A stretch of DNA of 63,650 bases, filler included, from Vannella sp. (taxonomy: Eukaryota), in the NCBI GenBank assembly GCA_023345925.1. It is 7 parts of 7 records of this genome, joined end to end, with 100 filler letters (N's around TTAATTAATTAA, not from the genome) between each part and the next. Parts side by side here need not be neighbours in the genome. Positions count along the whole stretch, not along the records: positions 16,659 to 26,069 come from JAJQQN010001242.1; positions 26,170 to 36,821 come from JAJQQN010000881.1; 5 more parts are not named here. One strand, 5' to 3'. Position numbers and translations under genes: made by a program. Below the pieces are notes generated by a model. It worked only from the letters and a program-made list of their open reading frames with translations. It was not told the DNA's origin and ran no database searches. Every line of letters starts with the position of its first letter. The stretch's first letter is position 1. Below, piece by piece: positions 20,301 to 33,932 of this stretch.

Positions 20301-21701
20301 TGGCGCAAGTTTCCCTTTGAACGCATCGATGGCTCAATCAGTAACACTGAACGACAAGCGGCCATTGACCGCTTTTCTCAACCGGGAGGCGCTTTTATTT
20401 TCTTGATTTCTACTCGTGCTGGCGGCGTCGGATTGAATCTAGCAGCGGCAGACACTGTGATCATTTATGATAGCGATTTCAATCCCCAAAGTGATCTTCA
20501 GGCACTCAGTCGGGCTCATCGTATCGGACAGACAAGACCAGTGATGATTTATCGTTTATTTTCCAAGCATACCTTGGAGCAGGCCATTTTGGAGCGCGCT
20601 AGGGCCAAGCTAGTTCTCGAACACATCGTCGTAGGGCAGATGGAAAAGGATTTAGGAAAGGAAGAGCTATCCAGTATCATTCGCCGAACTGCTGAAAAGC
20701 TCTTTGACGAATCAACTTCGGCCCAGTTCGAAGAAGAACTGACTTTCGATGATGAACAAGTTGCAAAGCTCCTCGATAGAGAGGCGCACATTGAGGCTGC
20801 CAAGGCAAATCAAGGCGAGGCTATCACTTGTGATCCTCTGGGAGACTTTAAATTGAGCGACGTATGGAAAACTGACAATGCACCAGGCCAATCCAACTTT
20901 TGGGATTCTTTGCTGAAGGAGCGCGCGGCTGCAGTTGAGGCACAAGAGGTTCCAATCGTCTTGGGAAAACGACGAGCCATCCAAGTTATACCTAATTTAG
21001 CAGGAATGGATGGCAACGCCAAGTCAAGGCGATTGGATGATACTGATGGAGACGATTTCGTTCCCATGGACGTCGAGGAAGAGGTACCAGAAGAGGAGGA
21101 ATTGCAAATGATAGCTGAGAGTCTTCCTGTCATTGATGTGGGGCCAGATGATCCCAAAGTCGTCTCGTCCAAAGAGAAAAAGGCCACGTTCTCAGGTACT
21201 ATTTTAGGGGGACCACCTTCCATGACCCCTATTGTACCCCGCCCCACCTATTCAGTGCCTGTGCCCCAATTTAGCACAGCACCCAACCCCACTTTTAGAA
21301 AGCCGACGGTTCCAGATCCAAACCCTCCTTTTGGAGTGCTTTTCAATGCTCCCCCTACTCGCCCCCATGGGGCGATGTCATCGGGAACAGGATCCTTCCA
21401 AATAGCGGTCCCCCCTAATCTACGGGCTTTGTCAGGGCGGGTTCCCACTCCGCCAGAACCTCCCAGCTTTATGAATCGGGCGTCTCTCTCTTCAGGTGTA
21501 TTTGCTTCAGAACTTCCCAATTCGAGGGTCTTTTCACTCCACCAGAGGCCCCCTCCGACCTCAAATCCCCCAGCTCCTGTGAGAGCTTCATATCCGTTCA
21601 CTCCAACCAGAGAGGAACAAAGGAAGATCGTAGCTCAACTGCATTTCATTCACCGAATAGACCGGCGCGGTCCTCGTCGATTGGAGTTGGATTGGTTCTA
21701 A
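17308..21701 (+). CDS. CHD3/4/5 (Mi-2)-like chromatin remodeler: chromo, 2x PHD, tandem chromo, SNF2 ATPase (multi-exon)
   Basis: ILADEMGLGKT, VVDEAHRLKN, LLTGTPLQN, DSDFNPQSDLQALSRAHRIGQ; two PHD Cys patterns; YVKW and YIVKWQDLTYEQCTWE chromodomains. Introns at 17410-17459, ~17976-18027 and ~19040-19088. Confidence 0.9.
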
Positions 21702-21766
21702 AAGAGTATAATTCACACTGAAAGGAGACTAAAGTGAACCAAAGGGACTTCATTCATTGTTCTTGA

Positions 21767-24700
21767 TTAAAAGAAGTTGCTTGTTGAGAAGGAAGAAGTT
21801 CCCCAGCCAGTGCTTTCAGTGGATGCTTGAGGGGTTGTCCCAAAAGTGCCAAAGTCAAATTCTCCCTGGGAGGGGACAGCTTGTGCCTGTTGAGGGACGT
21901 TCGCAATGGGTGCGGTATTAGAGAAACCACCAGAAGCTGCGGCCGGAGAGCCAAACTGACTTAAAGCAGGATTCCATTGCTGTTGAGCAGGCTTCTGCTC
22001 CACAGATGAATTCCATTGCTGTTCAATAGGAATTCCCCACTGCGGCTGGACCATCTTCTGTTCCACAGGAGAGCCCCATTGCTGCTGGGGTGCTTTCTGC
22101 TCCGCAGGGGAACCCCATTGCTGCTGAACAGTCTTCTGTTCAACAGGAGAGGCCCATTGCTGGACATTTTGCTCCTTGAGTTGGTTGTATCCACCAATCG
22201 AGCCAGTTTGGGAGTAGGAAGGGACGGAATAATTTTGTGTCTGCACTGGGAGAGATTCAGGACCAGAGCTTCCAAACAGTGACCGGAAGTCTCCCAGTGC
22301 TGAAGGAGGCGGGGTCTGAGCAGGGACCTGCGATGAAGTTGGGGAGGCAGAGAGGCTAAATGGTGAGAGCAAATCCGAAATCGGAGCAGCACTAGTTGGA
22401 GGGACAGGTCTTGTGGCTCTTTGGGCGGCTGGGGCTCGAGCAGGAGCCGGAAGATTAAAGTCAGCATCATCATCCCGCGATTTGGGAGGAGGCGGAGTAT
22501 TTGCAACCCCAAAAGAAGAAAAGTCAAAGTCAGTTACTAGCGCCGGCTTGCTGATAGCGGGTTCAGGATCAGCTATTTTGATGTTGCGGAAAGCGTCTAC
22601 TGGACTGGAAGGCTGGGCTTGGGTGTAGGAAGCTCCACCCACTTCTCGGAAGATTTCAGATTGGCTCTGCTGGGACAAGTGTTGTTGGCGAGCCCTCTCT
22701 TCACCTCGAATTAGCTCATCAAAGGAGGATAGGGCTTCTTGGGTTGGCGGAGCGCTGCTAACTACTTGACGCTCGGTGGCAGCGCGGTTGGCAGCAGCTG
22801 AAGAATATCTTTCTTGAGTTCCTTGGAACTCAGTTTGTACCAGATCCTCAAATCTCTGGTGCTTGATAAAGTCAGCTTGGCCGTCTTCTGCTGGTCGCAT
22901 GTGCTTTTCCACTTCAGCTCTTGCCAAAAAGTCTTGGCTTCTCCACACTTGAATAGCTTCCATCATAGTGGAGATACTCTTGATTAAAAGAGCGTATTGG
23001 TCTTCTCCCAATGACTCATGTACACTTAGCGGTATCAAGAAGGGCAAGAGTCTTCTTGCAGTAATGTGCGGTCCCATTTTTGGTCCCATTGTTGCCACAC
23101 AATGGAAGATGGCTGACTGTCCCAGTAGTCAGTTCTCGCTCGCTCGCCAAAGAGAGCAAAGATTTACCATTGTTTTGGGGTCCTGTAGATTGACGAAAGA
23201 TTCCAAAGCGGGGAGAATCTGCTCCAAAATGTGCCCTCGGTCAAGAGACGGAAGGACTTTGTTCATACAAACAAGACCGTTCAGTCGCAGAGAAGGTTGT
23301 ATGGTCACAAGCTTCATCAATCGTGGAGTTATCTCCGCAACTAATACGCTGTACTCAATCTGAGGAACAAGTTCGGGGATCTTCCGAATCACTAAATCTT
23401 GCATTTTCACGGATGAACCATCCAGCACCTCATACAAGAACGGCATTAGAGCTACATAGATTAGAATATGGTTCTTCACGAAGGCTCTAGATCCTACCTT
23501 TTGCGATTGTGGGGGGAGTGAGTTTTGTCAATAGCAAAGAAAAACTCTCCAGTAGCATTGGTGCAGCCGGAGAAGGGGGATTCAGTGTCATCAAAGGAGC
23601 AAGGAAAGGGAATATGGTGGCCTCGAACTGCCTGGGAGTAGAAGCTTCCCCGATACTCAACACCAATGGCAAAACAAAAGGAATCTGCACCTTGTTCTTG
23701 AGCTCTTCAAGAAGGGGAGGAAGCACTTTGGTCTCCACAATACGCGGTGTAAAGGAGCCCAAGACTGTAGCAAAGCCCTTGAAAAAAGCGGCCTTCTTGC
23801 CGTTGTCAATCTCTAAAAGTGAACTTAAGAACGCCAAGGCTTGCATGCTGACATCCTGGAAGTAGGGACTGCTCATAAAGCGAGAAGAGTCAGCACGGGA
23901 CCGAGGATTGATGCTTAACAATCCCATTAGAGGCTCTTGAAGCTCTGGGGGAAGGTTGCGGGTAGCTCCAAGACATCGCTGCAAGTTCTCAACGTTCTGT
24001 TTGTAATTGAGCACGTTGTTCATGTTATTGAGGAGCTTCTTGCCAGAGTACACTTCAAACAACAAGCATCCAAGCGAGAACATGTCCGAGGCGTAGTCAA
24101 ATTGCTTCGTAAAAAGATATTCCGGCGCCATGTAGTCCAAAGAGACATCCGTCTGAATCCCTTTCTGCGAGTTACTATTAAACTCGTTCCCCTGCATGCT
24201 CTGATTGCCCCCAGGTTTGTAGTTTGCGTGAGAGGCAAAGTTGAATCCGGCCAATTTCCATTCTCCCTAATTCCGGCATGTCAGGAAGGATTCGAAGCTC
24301 CTCTGGCGTTCCAAAAGATCATGTACCTTGCGTGTGATGAAGATAGAGCCGGGGGTGATGTTCCTGTGGATAAGGTTGGCGTTATTGTGGAGAAAGTGAA
24401 GCGCCTCCGCCAAGTGCATCACTCCGATCTTAATCTGCCCCACCAAGGTTACTATTAAGTCTCTAGTGACACACATTAGGGTTTCAGAGTCTCCTTACCT
24501 CCAAGGGCTCCAGAACGAAGTTGCGGAGGGCAGTGGGAGGGGAGATGTTCGTGTAGTCGCGCAGAACATTGCTTAAGCACGCAAAGATGGGCTCTGTCTC
24601 CACAACAATAGCCCTCTTAGTCTCTTGTTCAGGTCGAAGGATGGAGAGAACGCGAGGGTGGCGAAGTTTGGTCAAATGGCGAACTTCTTGTCGGAGCATC

Positions 24701-24941
24701 ACCAAGACGCTCTCTCGCTGCTCCCGTGGTAGCTTCTCCAACACAGACTTGTCAAACACAAAGAGGGATACTGCTTGCCCTGTATCCCGCCTCTTGGCGT
24801 TGAACACCTTCCTAGCAAGCCCGCGTCAGCGCCTTCGCCCTTCTTCGCTCCTTTTGTCTCCTACCAGACGTTCCCAGGTCCTCCTGAAGCCACTTGATCA
24901 CCCACGGTGTGGTCACTTAGCAGGGAAGAGAGGTTTCCCAT
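21767..24941 (-). CDS. SCY1-like pseudokinase (SCYL2/CVAK104-like) with HEAT repeats and a low-complexity tail (multi-exon)
   Basis: VASGGPG, SLFVFDK, LTKLRHPRVL, ETEPIFACL, FLHNNANLIHRNI, DYMAPE, SDMFSLG and KVLPPLLEEL. Confidence 0.88.
21974..22161 (-). repeat. Coding minisatellite (~39-nt unit, QQQWGSPVEQK-like) in the SCYL2 tail
   Basis: QQWASPVEQK, QQQWGSPAEQK, QQQWGSPVEQK, QPQWGIPIEQ, QQWNSSVEQK, QQQWNP. Confidence 0.85.
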
Positions 24942-25005
24942 CCCAACGAGCCAACAAACAATGAGGGAAGGAGAAAGTCCACGTGGCATTCGCTGGCGCC
25001 TTGGG

Positions 25006-25349
25006 ATGGTCAGCATCACGTCCTCGATGTACCTGGTGCTGCAAGTAGCCATTCTAGTGGCCAATGGGTTAGCTATCCTCAATAGGGACCGCTTCTTGGT
25101 GCCCAGTAAGAGGGGAGGAGACGAAAGGGGCCTGAAACTAATGGAAGTGGGACAGTGGGCATCACGAAGAGCGAGTTTGCGGGATCAGAGACTGTTTCGA
25201 ACAAGATTGCGAACATCATCTTCTCTTTACAGACTGTGGGCATGTGTAAGCACTCTCCAGCCCTTCAGTGTATCTCCCTTTGACTCTTTGTAGATCCGCT
25301 TGTCTTCCTCAACGTCGTGTGGATCCTGGTGACCTTCCTCCTTGGCTAA
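25006..25349 (+). CDS. Yos1/IER3IP1-like ER-Golgi membrane protein (three exons)
   Basis: LQVAILVANGLAILNRDRFL at the N-terminus; spliced C-terminus KIANIIFSLQTV..PLVFLNVVWILVTFLLG*. Confidence 0.82.
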
Positions 25350-26388
25350 ACCCTTACCTTTCTATATCCAGTGCTGATCCTCGTCCTCTGACTGTTCTAG
25401 TGGGGAGGAAGAGGCCTCTCATAGAGAGGGAGCTGGTGTGCAGCGGTCGATCTTGAATGTTTGCTTGCACGACTCTCTTGCAAGCAGTAGATGGCCTTTA
25501 GGACCGTCAGGTCCATCATGCGGAGGGAAAGCTCTCAAGTAAGTGAAGATCGTTCCGCGGACTGCCAAGTCAGTCCCTTGGTTGCCCGTTTGGGGGGGAG
25601 GATCGGGTCTGGGACTCTGGGATACTCTTGTGTGTACTATCAACGTCGCCTTTCTGTGAGCGTGATTGTCAACGAGGCGTGATTCGCTTAAAGCCATCCC
25701 AACGGACTTTCTGCCCGATTCATTCGCTTTCTTCAGTTGAACAAGTTGTATCAGCGCGAGGGAGACCCAACACCATCTTAGCTCATGATGGAAGGATGAA
25801 CATTTGAAGAGAACGGCCCTGTTGGTCCACCCTTTCCATGCAGAAGGGGTGCACACAGGGATGCATTCCTGAAGTCAGATTAGGATGACAGAATATCCGA
25901 GGCAAGCAACCTCAATGTTTAATTTTAAGGGATCATTAGTCAAATACAAAGGAAACAGGCGAAAGACGAGTTATCGGGGTATCCTTCAACTTTTTTTCCA
26001 AAAATGGATTCGTTCTTTGAACGTATTTTTTTTAGGACAGACTTCCTGTATTCTGTCTTCTGCCATGAGNNNNNNNNNNNNNNNNNNNNNNNNNNNNNNN
26101 NNNNNNNNNNNNNTTAATTAATTAANNNNNNNNNNNNNNNNNNNNNNNNNNNNNNNNNNNNNNNNNNNNGTGCGACATCCCCTTGTCTCCTTCGCTTGGC
26201 TCCACGAGAGGGTCCAGCCTTTGTTTCTTCTTCGCAGAGGCCTCGTGCGACATCCCTGTCTTCCTAGTTTCAAATGAGTGCCACGCAGAAGCGCTGATTT
26301 TCACTCAGGTTAGATAAGCAAAAAGCCAGGGACAGGGGTTAGATACGTATTGTCTCAATGATTAACTAGCAATAATGAGCCAATAATC

Positions 26389-28610
26389 ATGCCATTTGGA
26401 TGGTACGTCTTTGGTGGCTGTTGGCGCTGGTCGTTACGGTCTCTGCCAAGGAGACTTGGGGCGTGGGAGTTGGAACTCGCATTCTCACACCCAAGGTGAG
26501 AACGATAAGGAACAAATGAGGAAGCTGACCCGGCCGGATGGTCAAGGTGAATGGGGCAACGGACTACGTGGTTCCTCTGTCCCCTGATGATTGCTGTTCT
26601 CCAGGAACATTCGTTCCACAGTTCGATGATGGACCCATTGCCGTTGGGAACGGTGCCTCGTCTGCTCATTGGGTACGAGACGTTCTCAAAGTTCGAGCGG
26701 TCGCTATCGGCCCAGATCCCGCGGGGAAGACCATCGTCATGGTCACTGCAGAGGTCTACATGTTCTTGAGGTGGGCTTAGACTCTACCAAGCTCCTCTTC
26801 TTCTAACTAGAGCCAGGAACGACTTGCAAGAGTACTATCAGATGATCGAGAAAGCTGTAGGAGGCACTGCGTACGCGAACCTCCTCTTCTTTGTCCATGC
26901 ACAGCACAACCATGCTGGCCCAGACACGGCAGGAATCGGTGAAACTCGGGTGAACCACAAATACTATCGGTACATGTTAGAGCAGATGCGTGACGCCACT
27001 CTGGATGCCCTCAGCTCTTCAGAAGAGGCGTATCTGTTCTTTGGACACGACCAGTTCTACTTTGGACTCGGTGACGCCCGCGACCCGCTAATGCAAGACT
27101 CCACTGTTCACATTCTCCGCGCCTATCGGAATCAAGAGAGGGCTGGTACTCCTGTGGTTACTATTGCCAACTGGGCCATGCATCCGGAAGTGACTTTGGA
27201 CTTCTCTCCTGAGTTTCAGGAGGAGGAATGTCTCAAGGCGGTTCCTCCCATTTCTGATTGCTCTGCAGATGGACGCTTCTTTACTCATGACTTCCCTGGC
27301 CACTTCTCTACTCAACTCAAGGATCTCCAAGGAGGAGGTGAGGCCCTATTTTTCAACGGAGCTTTAGGAAGCCAAATTGGGCCCCACGCGCCGGTTTGGG
27401 AAGTCACCACTTCTGCGCCTTTGGGCAATGGAAAAAGCGTCCCAGAAGGAGCTCAAGTCGTTCCCCGAAACTTCCGCAACACCTACCTGATTGGCCGCTC
27501 GCTGGCACAGTTTGTCCAAAACATTCCTTTGGTGAATGCAGACTCTCCTCTGTCCTTTGGGAATCTGGAGTATCGAGAGACCACGATGATGATCAGACTG
27601 ACCAACTTTGGTTTCCGAGTCGGATTGTGTCCTTTGGGAACCGTTTTCCCTGAAGAGGAAGACGCAAATGATCGCCCCCTGCAGATTGGAAACACTCTCA
27701 GACCTGTGTACGTATGCCAAGGGGAGAATCCTACAATGAAAGATTGTGTATCAGATAACTTCGCTTGCAACTTCGATGAAGAATCTGGCCAACCCTACCG
27801 GGTGGGCCAGTTCGCAGAGACCGAAGTCAAGTATGTGAAACTGGGTCCTATCAAAATCATTGCCATCCCTGGAGAACTGGTTCCTGAGTTGAGTGTCGGT
27901 CTTCCTCTTGATTTTGATTCACCAGAATCTGTCTCCAAGTACTACGGTCCACCAGTGAATCATCCCACTGGTAAGGACTATTCTGTTCCTGGTATAATTG
28001 CAGATATGGCCGACTGCACCTTGGAGTCGCCATGCTGGACTTTGGGTTTGACTCAAGATGAGATTGGCTACATATTCCCTATCAGTGATTGGCAGATATT
28101 CTGTACCGCCGCTCCGGAAGAGTGTTTGGCTCTCTATCAATCTGGTGCTTTGGCTTTCGAAGATGCCGCGTCGGGTTCTCAATGCAAAAGCATTACTGAC
28201 TCTCCAAAAGACTCTCAGCTCTACTACGAGTCCAAGTATGACGCCGACACTTGGAGCATACTGAATCACACTTGCACCTATGGTCAATCCGCTGGCGCTC
28301 CTCAAGATCACTACGAAGAGGTATGTTGCTTCTATCTCTTGCTATCTGAGCTCCTAACCTTATCATGCTGATTCATTAGGTTGTTTCAGCCGGATGGGAC
28401 TCTGCCCTTCAGTTGTTCCGCGCCCTCTCTCGTCTCTTTGACGTTCCCATCAAGGGGCGATTCTGTACTTCCTCCAGTTGCAGGTCTATCAGCAATCTTG
28501 ATGATGCGTCGCCATCGATCAACTCACTTGCCAGTGCTCTCCCCTCCATCAGTTCTTCCCTGGTCTTCATCTTGTGCTGGTGGTCCTGCTTGACATTGCT
28601 GATCCGCTAA
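26389..28610 (+). CDS. Neutral/alkaline ceramidase-like secreted metallo-hydrolase, hydrophobic C-terminus (possible GPI anchor; multi-exon)
   Basis: Signal peptide, AQHNHAGPDT metal motif, NWAMHPE, IPGELVPE, GLTQDEIGY and HYEE. Confidence 0.65.
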
Positions 28611-28752
28611 CCTTCAACCAATAAAGAGTTGAGCTCTCCTCCATTGCCAGGGAACTCTCTTCATCTCGGTTTTGGGAGGGATCGATCCTTCTAGCGGTAG
28701 TCACTGGGGTGCAAGGCTCAGCTACTAATTACATGTATTTAAGTGACTTGGT

Positions 28753-29370
28753 CTACAGAAGAGGGCAAGAGGGGTGAAGGCGGCTCTTCTTCTTGCAGTC
28801 CTTCTTGAGGGAAGCGCTCTTACTCTTTCGGACTGCACGGACGAGCTCATGGAAAGCTTCATCAACGTTGGTACGTGTCTTGGCACTGCACTCGACGTAA
28901 CGGATGTTCTTGTCGCCAATCGTGCCCAGGAAGTCAGAGATCTCCTGTGAAGTGACCTGGCGCTCATCCGCCAAGTCAGACTTGTTCCCAACGAAGACCA
29001 CGGGGACTCTGTCCGCGTCTTTGGCTCGGAGGATGCTTTCGTACAGCTGTGCGGCCTCCTGGAAAGAGGCAAGAGAGCACAAAGAGAACACAAGAAGGAA
29101 CCCTTCGGAGGAGCGGAGGTATTGGTCTCGCATGGCTGTGAACTCCTCCTGGCCTGCCGTGTCAAGGATCTCTAAAAGGCAGCATTCGTTGTCGATCACG
29201 GTTTGTTTGCGGTGTTGGTCTTCGATGGTAGGGTCGTACTCGTCGCAGAAGACGTGTTGAATGAATTGGATGGTCAGGGCGCTCTTGCCCACAGCTCCTC
29301 CTCCAACCACGGCCAAGTTGTACTTGCTTTGGTTTGAATCGCTTCTCTTTCTTTGTTGGGTGGTGCTCAT
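28753..29370 (-). CDS. Ras-family GTPase
   Basis: [11 protein letters not shown], effector loop YDPTIED, DTAGQEE, NKSD, CSAK, polybasic region and CAAX box CPLL. Confidence 0.96.
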   Translation of the reverse strand: MSTTQQRKRSDSNQSKYNLAVVGGGAVGKSALTIQFIQHVFCDEYDPTIEDQHRKQTVIDNECCLLEILDTAGQEEFTAMRDQYLRSSEGFLLVFSLCSLASFQEAAQLYESILRAKDADRVPVVFVGNKSDLADERQVTSQEISDFLGTIGDKNIRYVECSAKTRTNVDEAFHELVRAVRKSKSASLKKDCKKKSRLHPSCPLL

Positions 29371-30003
29371 GGCGTGGTGTGTCGTGTTGTGTGGGATACC
29401 CTGCGAGGAGCCCGCATGACACCCAAGCACTTTGCTGAAATGCTCTGTTTTTGCCTTCAAAGAATTGTTGCATTTTTTGATTGGCCGAGTTGGGCCAATC
29501 ACAGCTGACTATTACCGCTTGGGCGGGAAATGTGCAAATGAATGGCTAGCCCAAGTCGATCATTCCTCCATGGCCAGATTTCATTACTACATTGGCCTCT
29601 TCTAAATCACCATGCCAACACATGCCTCCGATGAACTCTTCCTGGATTATTTGGGCTTCGTGCAATGGACCGGAAGCGTTTCTGACACCTTGGACATGAT
29701 ATGTGCGAGTGATTGTGCTGAAACCCAACCATGCGAAGGCTCCCTCTCAACCACCAGCTTAAGCCCACCGCACGGGATGGACGTTGTGGATGTTGCAGAA
29801 CAGCATATGACAACTCCTCACTGATTGTTGAGCGTCCAATAAATCCTGCAATCTTTAGGCTGAGCCCGCTCCTTTTCAATGCCCTCCGATGTCCCCATTA
29901 CACAATTATGGGACAAAAGGCCATTTTAGCGGGTTCAGTTTAAAGAATGAGTCGCCGTTGTGGACAAAATTTATTGTTGTCTAATTATTCTTTAGCCTGC
30001 CTT

Positions 30004-32044
30004 ATGAGAGGGGCGCTCCTGCTGTTGGGCCTTGTGGCGGTATGCCTCGGCGTTTGCCATCATAACTGCAATCACCACGGTCAATGCGTTGAGGGAAGCT
30101 GCGAGTGCGAGGAAAACTGGGTTGGAAGTGATTGTTCTGTCCGTAAGTTCATCCTCCCTTTGCTATTCCCCGTTTCCTTCTTAACGAGCTACAGCCTTCC
30201 TGCCCTTGGAGTCTGGTCAGAGTGTGAGAGCTTCTGTCAGTGGAGATTGGACCTTCTTCTTCACTGATGTCGAGGGCGATCCTTCTTCAATGACATATCG
30301 CCTCGAAGACTCGCTCCTGAGCGACTGTGACCTCTACATCAGCTACGATGATTTCCCTTCCAAGAGCCACTTCAACTACTCGAGCAACGGGTGGGGAAGC
30401 GAGTCCTCTATCACCATCGATCACCCCAGAAATGGAGTTTGGGTTGCTGGTGTTTACAACTTCTTCTCCTGCTCCTTCACCTTGTCTCTGACGATCGAGG
30501 AGGCTGGTAAGTTTACCTTTACACGCTATTAACGTGCATTTTGACTGACAATCCGTCTAGGTAACTGCATCAACGATTGCTCGGATAATGGCATCTGCAA
30601 CGTGGACAACGAGTGCCTTTGCGATCCTCTCTGGGCTGGTTTAGATTGCTCTCAAGGTTTGTTCCCTCAAGGGAGTGATTGTGAGAAGCACTGACACGCG
30701 CTGGGACAGCTGTGACTCAGCTGGTGGCCGGAACAAGCCGCAACGATCATGTCGCAGAACGGGGTTGGGCGTGGTATTACTACGACGCCCATGTTCAGGA
30801 TGGTGTGGTCGCTGACTTCCAAGTGACTATCGAGCAGTCTGGAGACGGGGACACCGATCTTTATGTCAAGTACGAGGAGTTACCTCTCCTTTGGGACTAC
30901 GACTACCGCAATGCGTTAGTTGTCGATAGCTATGCTCTCACTGTTGGAAGCCCTGATGAGGGTCGCTACTACATCGGTGTCTACGGATATACTGTGGAGG
31001 GCGATGCTGATTTGAGCTACACCATTGGTCTGACTGTGTCTGCTGGAGAAGATTGCGAAAGCAAATGCTCGTCCCACGGGTATTGCTCTGCGGGTGCATG
31101 CCATTGCGAAGGCCCCTACGAAGGAGATAACTGCGAGATCAGTAGGTCCCCTCCGCATGTGCTATCCAGGCACTAACACAAGGGAACCCAGTGACAAGAG
31201 ACTTAATAGAAGGACAGTCTGTTGCTGGCTATGCTAACAACAACCAATGGAACTTCTACACGGCCACCGCCAACTCTGCCACAAACATGATCATCAAGAT
31301 CGACCAGGACTGGAACGAGGGCGGGGACTGCGACCTCTATGTCCGCGCTGACGAGGATCCCACTCGCTTTGACTTTGATTACCGCAACATTGGATTCGAT
31401 AGCTCGTTCAGTGTGGTCGTTCAGAACCCTCTAGCTACCACCTGGCACATTGGTGTGTATGGCTACCGTCATTGCCAGTACTACATCACCGAGACCCTCG
31501 ACTCTGGCACATGCCCTGATGACTGCTCGGGTCATGGAACGTGCATTAGTGGGCGCTGCAGCTGCACAAACAACTTTGCGGGGCAGAACTGCGCCAGCCG
31601 TAAGTGAATCGAACTCCAATAGCCTCTGGCACTCACACCTTCGCTCAGCCCTGGTTCGAATCCACTCTAAAGACCTCATGGAGGGCACGATTGGACAGAA
31701 CAAGTGGAGCTACTACAAGTTCACCGCTCCCGATTCGCAGACTTCCATCACTGTCGAGTTGATTGAGGTGGAGACTGAAGGCTACTTGTCCCTCTTCGTC
31801 CTCCAGGGAGCACCTCCCGAGCTGACTGGTTCTCAGTACAGCGATGTGGAAACTAGTCGCCTGCACAACATCTACTTCCGATACAATGGAAACGACAACT
31901 CTGACCATGACTTCTACATTGGCGTGTACGGCACTGCTCTGGTCCCATTGGGATCCCCCGTGCCCTACAAAGTGTTTGGTAAGCCATTCCCCCAATGCTT
32001 GTCCCTCCTCACCCTCCTCTGCAGTTTACAGTCCCCCAATCTAA
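30004..32044 (+). CDS. Secreted protein with alternating tenascin-type EGF and PPC-like beta-sandwich domains (multi-exon)
   Basis: Signal peptide; repeats of C...C..HG.C..G.C.C...W/F.G.DC alternate with D.DLY(I/V).....P...D...W/YY.GVYG modules. Confidence 0.75.
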
Positions 32045-32226
32045 GTCCCGTTGACCAAATAAATCACTCTAACATGCTCAAAGAAGCCTCTCTGGTTGGG
32101 TGTCCACGATGGTCAAACAGTGAAAACCTCAAATAGTGTAAAAATCAATCCTAGAGGGAAGGAAGTTCGTGGAGAGGGCAAAAAGTGAAACTTTAGGAAG
32201 TCCATCATTGGGGCTCCCTTGCAGGG

Positions 32227-33459
32227 ATGGCGACCTCGCTGCGGAGTGGTCTACGATTTCAATCTGCTTTGACACAACGCTTCTCCTTTGCCAGGGTTAG
32301 TTGTAGGGAGGTTTCTTCTGTTCGGAGGCCTTCACATCCTCGCCCTGCTGTGAGGAGGGGCCCTTTAATCCCTCTGAAAGACTCGGCTGCAAGTCGGCAC
32401 TTCTCAACAGCTCCTCCCCCTTCCCTTCCTGTTTCAGATACTCCTTCTGCGGAGCCTCTGGGAGCTCCTGATCTTCCTGAGGCTCCTCCATCACCTCGAG
32501 GGGTGGTGGACACCATTAAGTACTACATGGAGGGCTACCGCAGTCTGTCCAAGGCCAAGCTTGGAGCGCTTGTACTTGCTACTACTGCTGTGGGTTACAG
32601 TGTTGCTCCAGGCGCCTTTATCTTGTCTGACTTTGCGATCGTAACCGCGGGCACTTGGCTCACCATCTGCTCAGCTAACAGCACCAACCAGATCATGGAG
32701 ATCAAGAACGATGCGATGATGAACCGAACAAAGAAGCGCTGGCTCCCAACTCAACGTATCTCCGTAACACACGCCAAGACATTCGCCTTTGTGACTGGAG
32801 CGACGGGAGTTGGCAGTTTACTCCTCATCAATCCACTCACGAGTGCCCTGGCAGCCTTCAATCTCTTCCTCTACACTGCTGTGTACACCCCACTGAAGCA
32901 GAAGCAGCCAATCAACACCTGGGTAGGTGCTGTTGTTGGGGCGATCCCTCCCATGATCGGATGGGCCGCCTGTACAGGCGGTGTAGAGCTGGGGAGTTGG
33001 TTGGTTGGTGGTCTTCTAGCCTTCTGGCAGATGCCCCACTTTATGGCTCTGTCCTACTCACTCAAGGACGACTATCATCGTGGAGGATTCCGAATGCTGA
33101 TCAACACCCACCCAGAGAAGGTACCTGGTGTTGTTCTCCGCTATTCTCTTGCTATGGTTCCTATTGGAGCTATTGCATCACTCTCTGACATGACCACGTG
33201 GTGGTTCGCAGTGGATTCCTTGGTCCCCACTGGGTATCTGACCTACTTGGCCCTCAAGTTCAAGAAGGAACAGGACAAAACGATGGCCCGTCGCATCTTC
33301 AAGTACTCTTTGATCATGCTCCCTGCAATGATGGCTCTCATGCTCATACACAAGAACAATGATCCCACTCCAGGAGCCGCCACATTCGACCGACTGGTCA
33401 AAAACACTTCTCGACTTCTCTCTTCCCGGCCCACTCCTGAGGCTGACAACCAGTCCTAA
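32227..33459 (+). CDS. COX10: Protoheme IX farnesyltransferase, mitochondrial
   Basis: SANSTNQIME...DAMMNRTKKR, YTPLKQ, NTWVGAVVGAIPPMIGW, WQMPHFMAL, DDY..GG; N-terminal mitochondrial-type presequence. Confidence 0.96.
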   Translation: MATSLRSGLRFQSALTQRFSFARVSCREVSSVRRPSHPRPAVRRGPLIPLKDSAASRHFSTAPPPSLPVSDTPSAEPLGAPDLPEAPPSPRGVVDTIKYYMEGYRSLSKAKLGALVLATTAVGYSVAPGAFILSDFAIVTAGTWLTICSANSTNQIMEIKNDAMMNRTKKRWLPTQRISVTHAKTFAFVTGATGVGSLLLINPLTSALAAFNLFLYTAVYTPLKQKQPINTWVGAVVGAIPPMIGWAACTGGVELGSWLVGGLLAFWQMPHFMALSYSLKDDYHRGGFRMLINTHPEKVPGVVLRYSLAMVPIGAIASLSDMTTWWFAVDSLVPTGYLTYLALKFKKEQDKTMARRIFKYSLIMLPAMMALMLIHKNNDPTPGAATFDRLVKNTSRLLSSRPTPEADNQS

Positions 33460-33932
33460 CTAACATAAACACCTCAACGCAGTGGAACAGTCAGAGGAGG
33501 TCTTAAGTTGTATCTGCCTGTGCGTTGCGTTGGTGCTCAGAAAATGGTGAGTCTCTCTTGGAGGGTGGCGTCCGGTTGCGGGAAGGACCTGAGATGCTGA
33601 AGGAAGATGTCAAAGAACAGAGCAAATTCTCCAATGGCTTTTCCATGAGTAAAGCCGCTGCAGCGGTAGTGGGTACTCTCTTTCTAGCTCGAATCTGGGA
33701 GAGATTAGATTCCTTTTCTACTTCCTAAAAGGCTTTATGAGAGATTGAGGTCATCAGCTGGGCTTCTCAAACAAGAGCCGTTGAGGAAACGTACGTCACG
33801 ATAAGTAGATTTTAAGAAGTTTATGGAAGAAAATAAGATGTGAAGCTGTGGGTGGCCAAATGTCAATGTTCAGCCTTCGATAATGTGTCTGAACCGTGGC
33901 CAGTGGACGTGAACTCTCTCAATACTGACGAA

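Noticed and set aside
26170..26260. GTGCGACATCCC direct repeat at the contig start
   Set aside because: Only 12 nt and truncated by the contig edge; probably the start of a coding tandem repeat that broke the assembly.
29540..29940. Short overlapping ORFs between the Ras and EGF genes (likewise 25400-26069)
   Set aside because: No recognisable motifs or consistent splice model.
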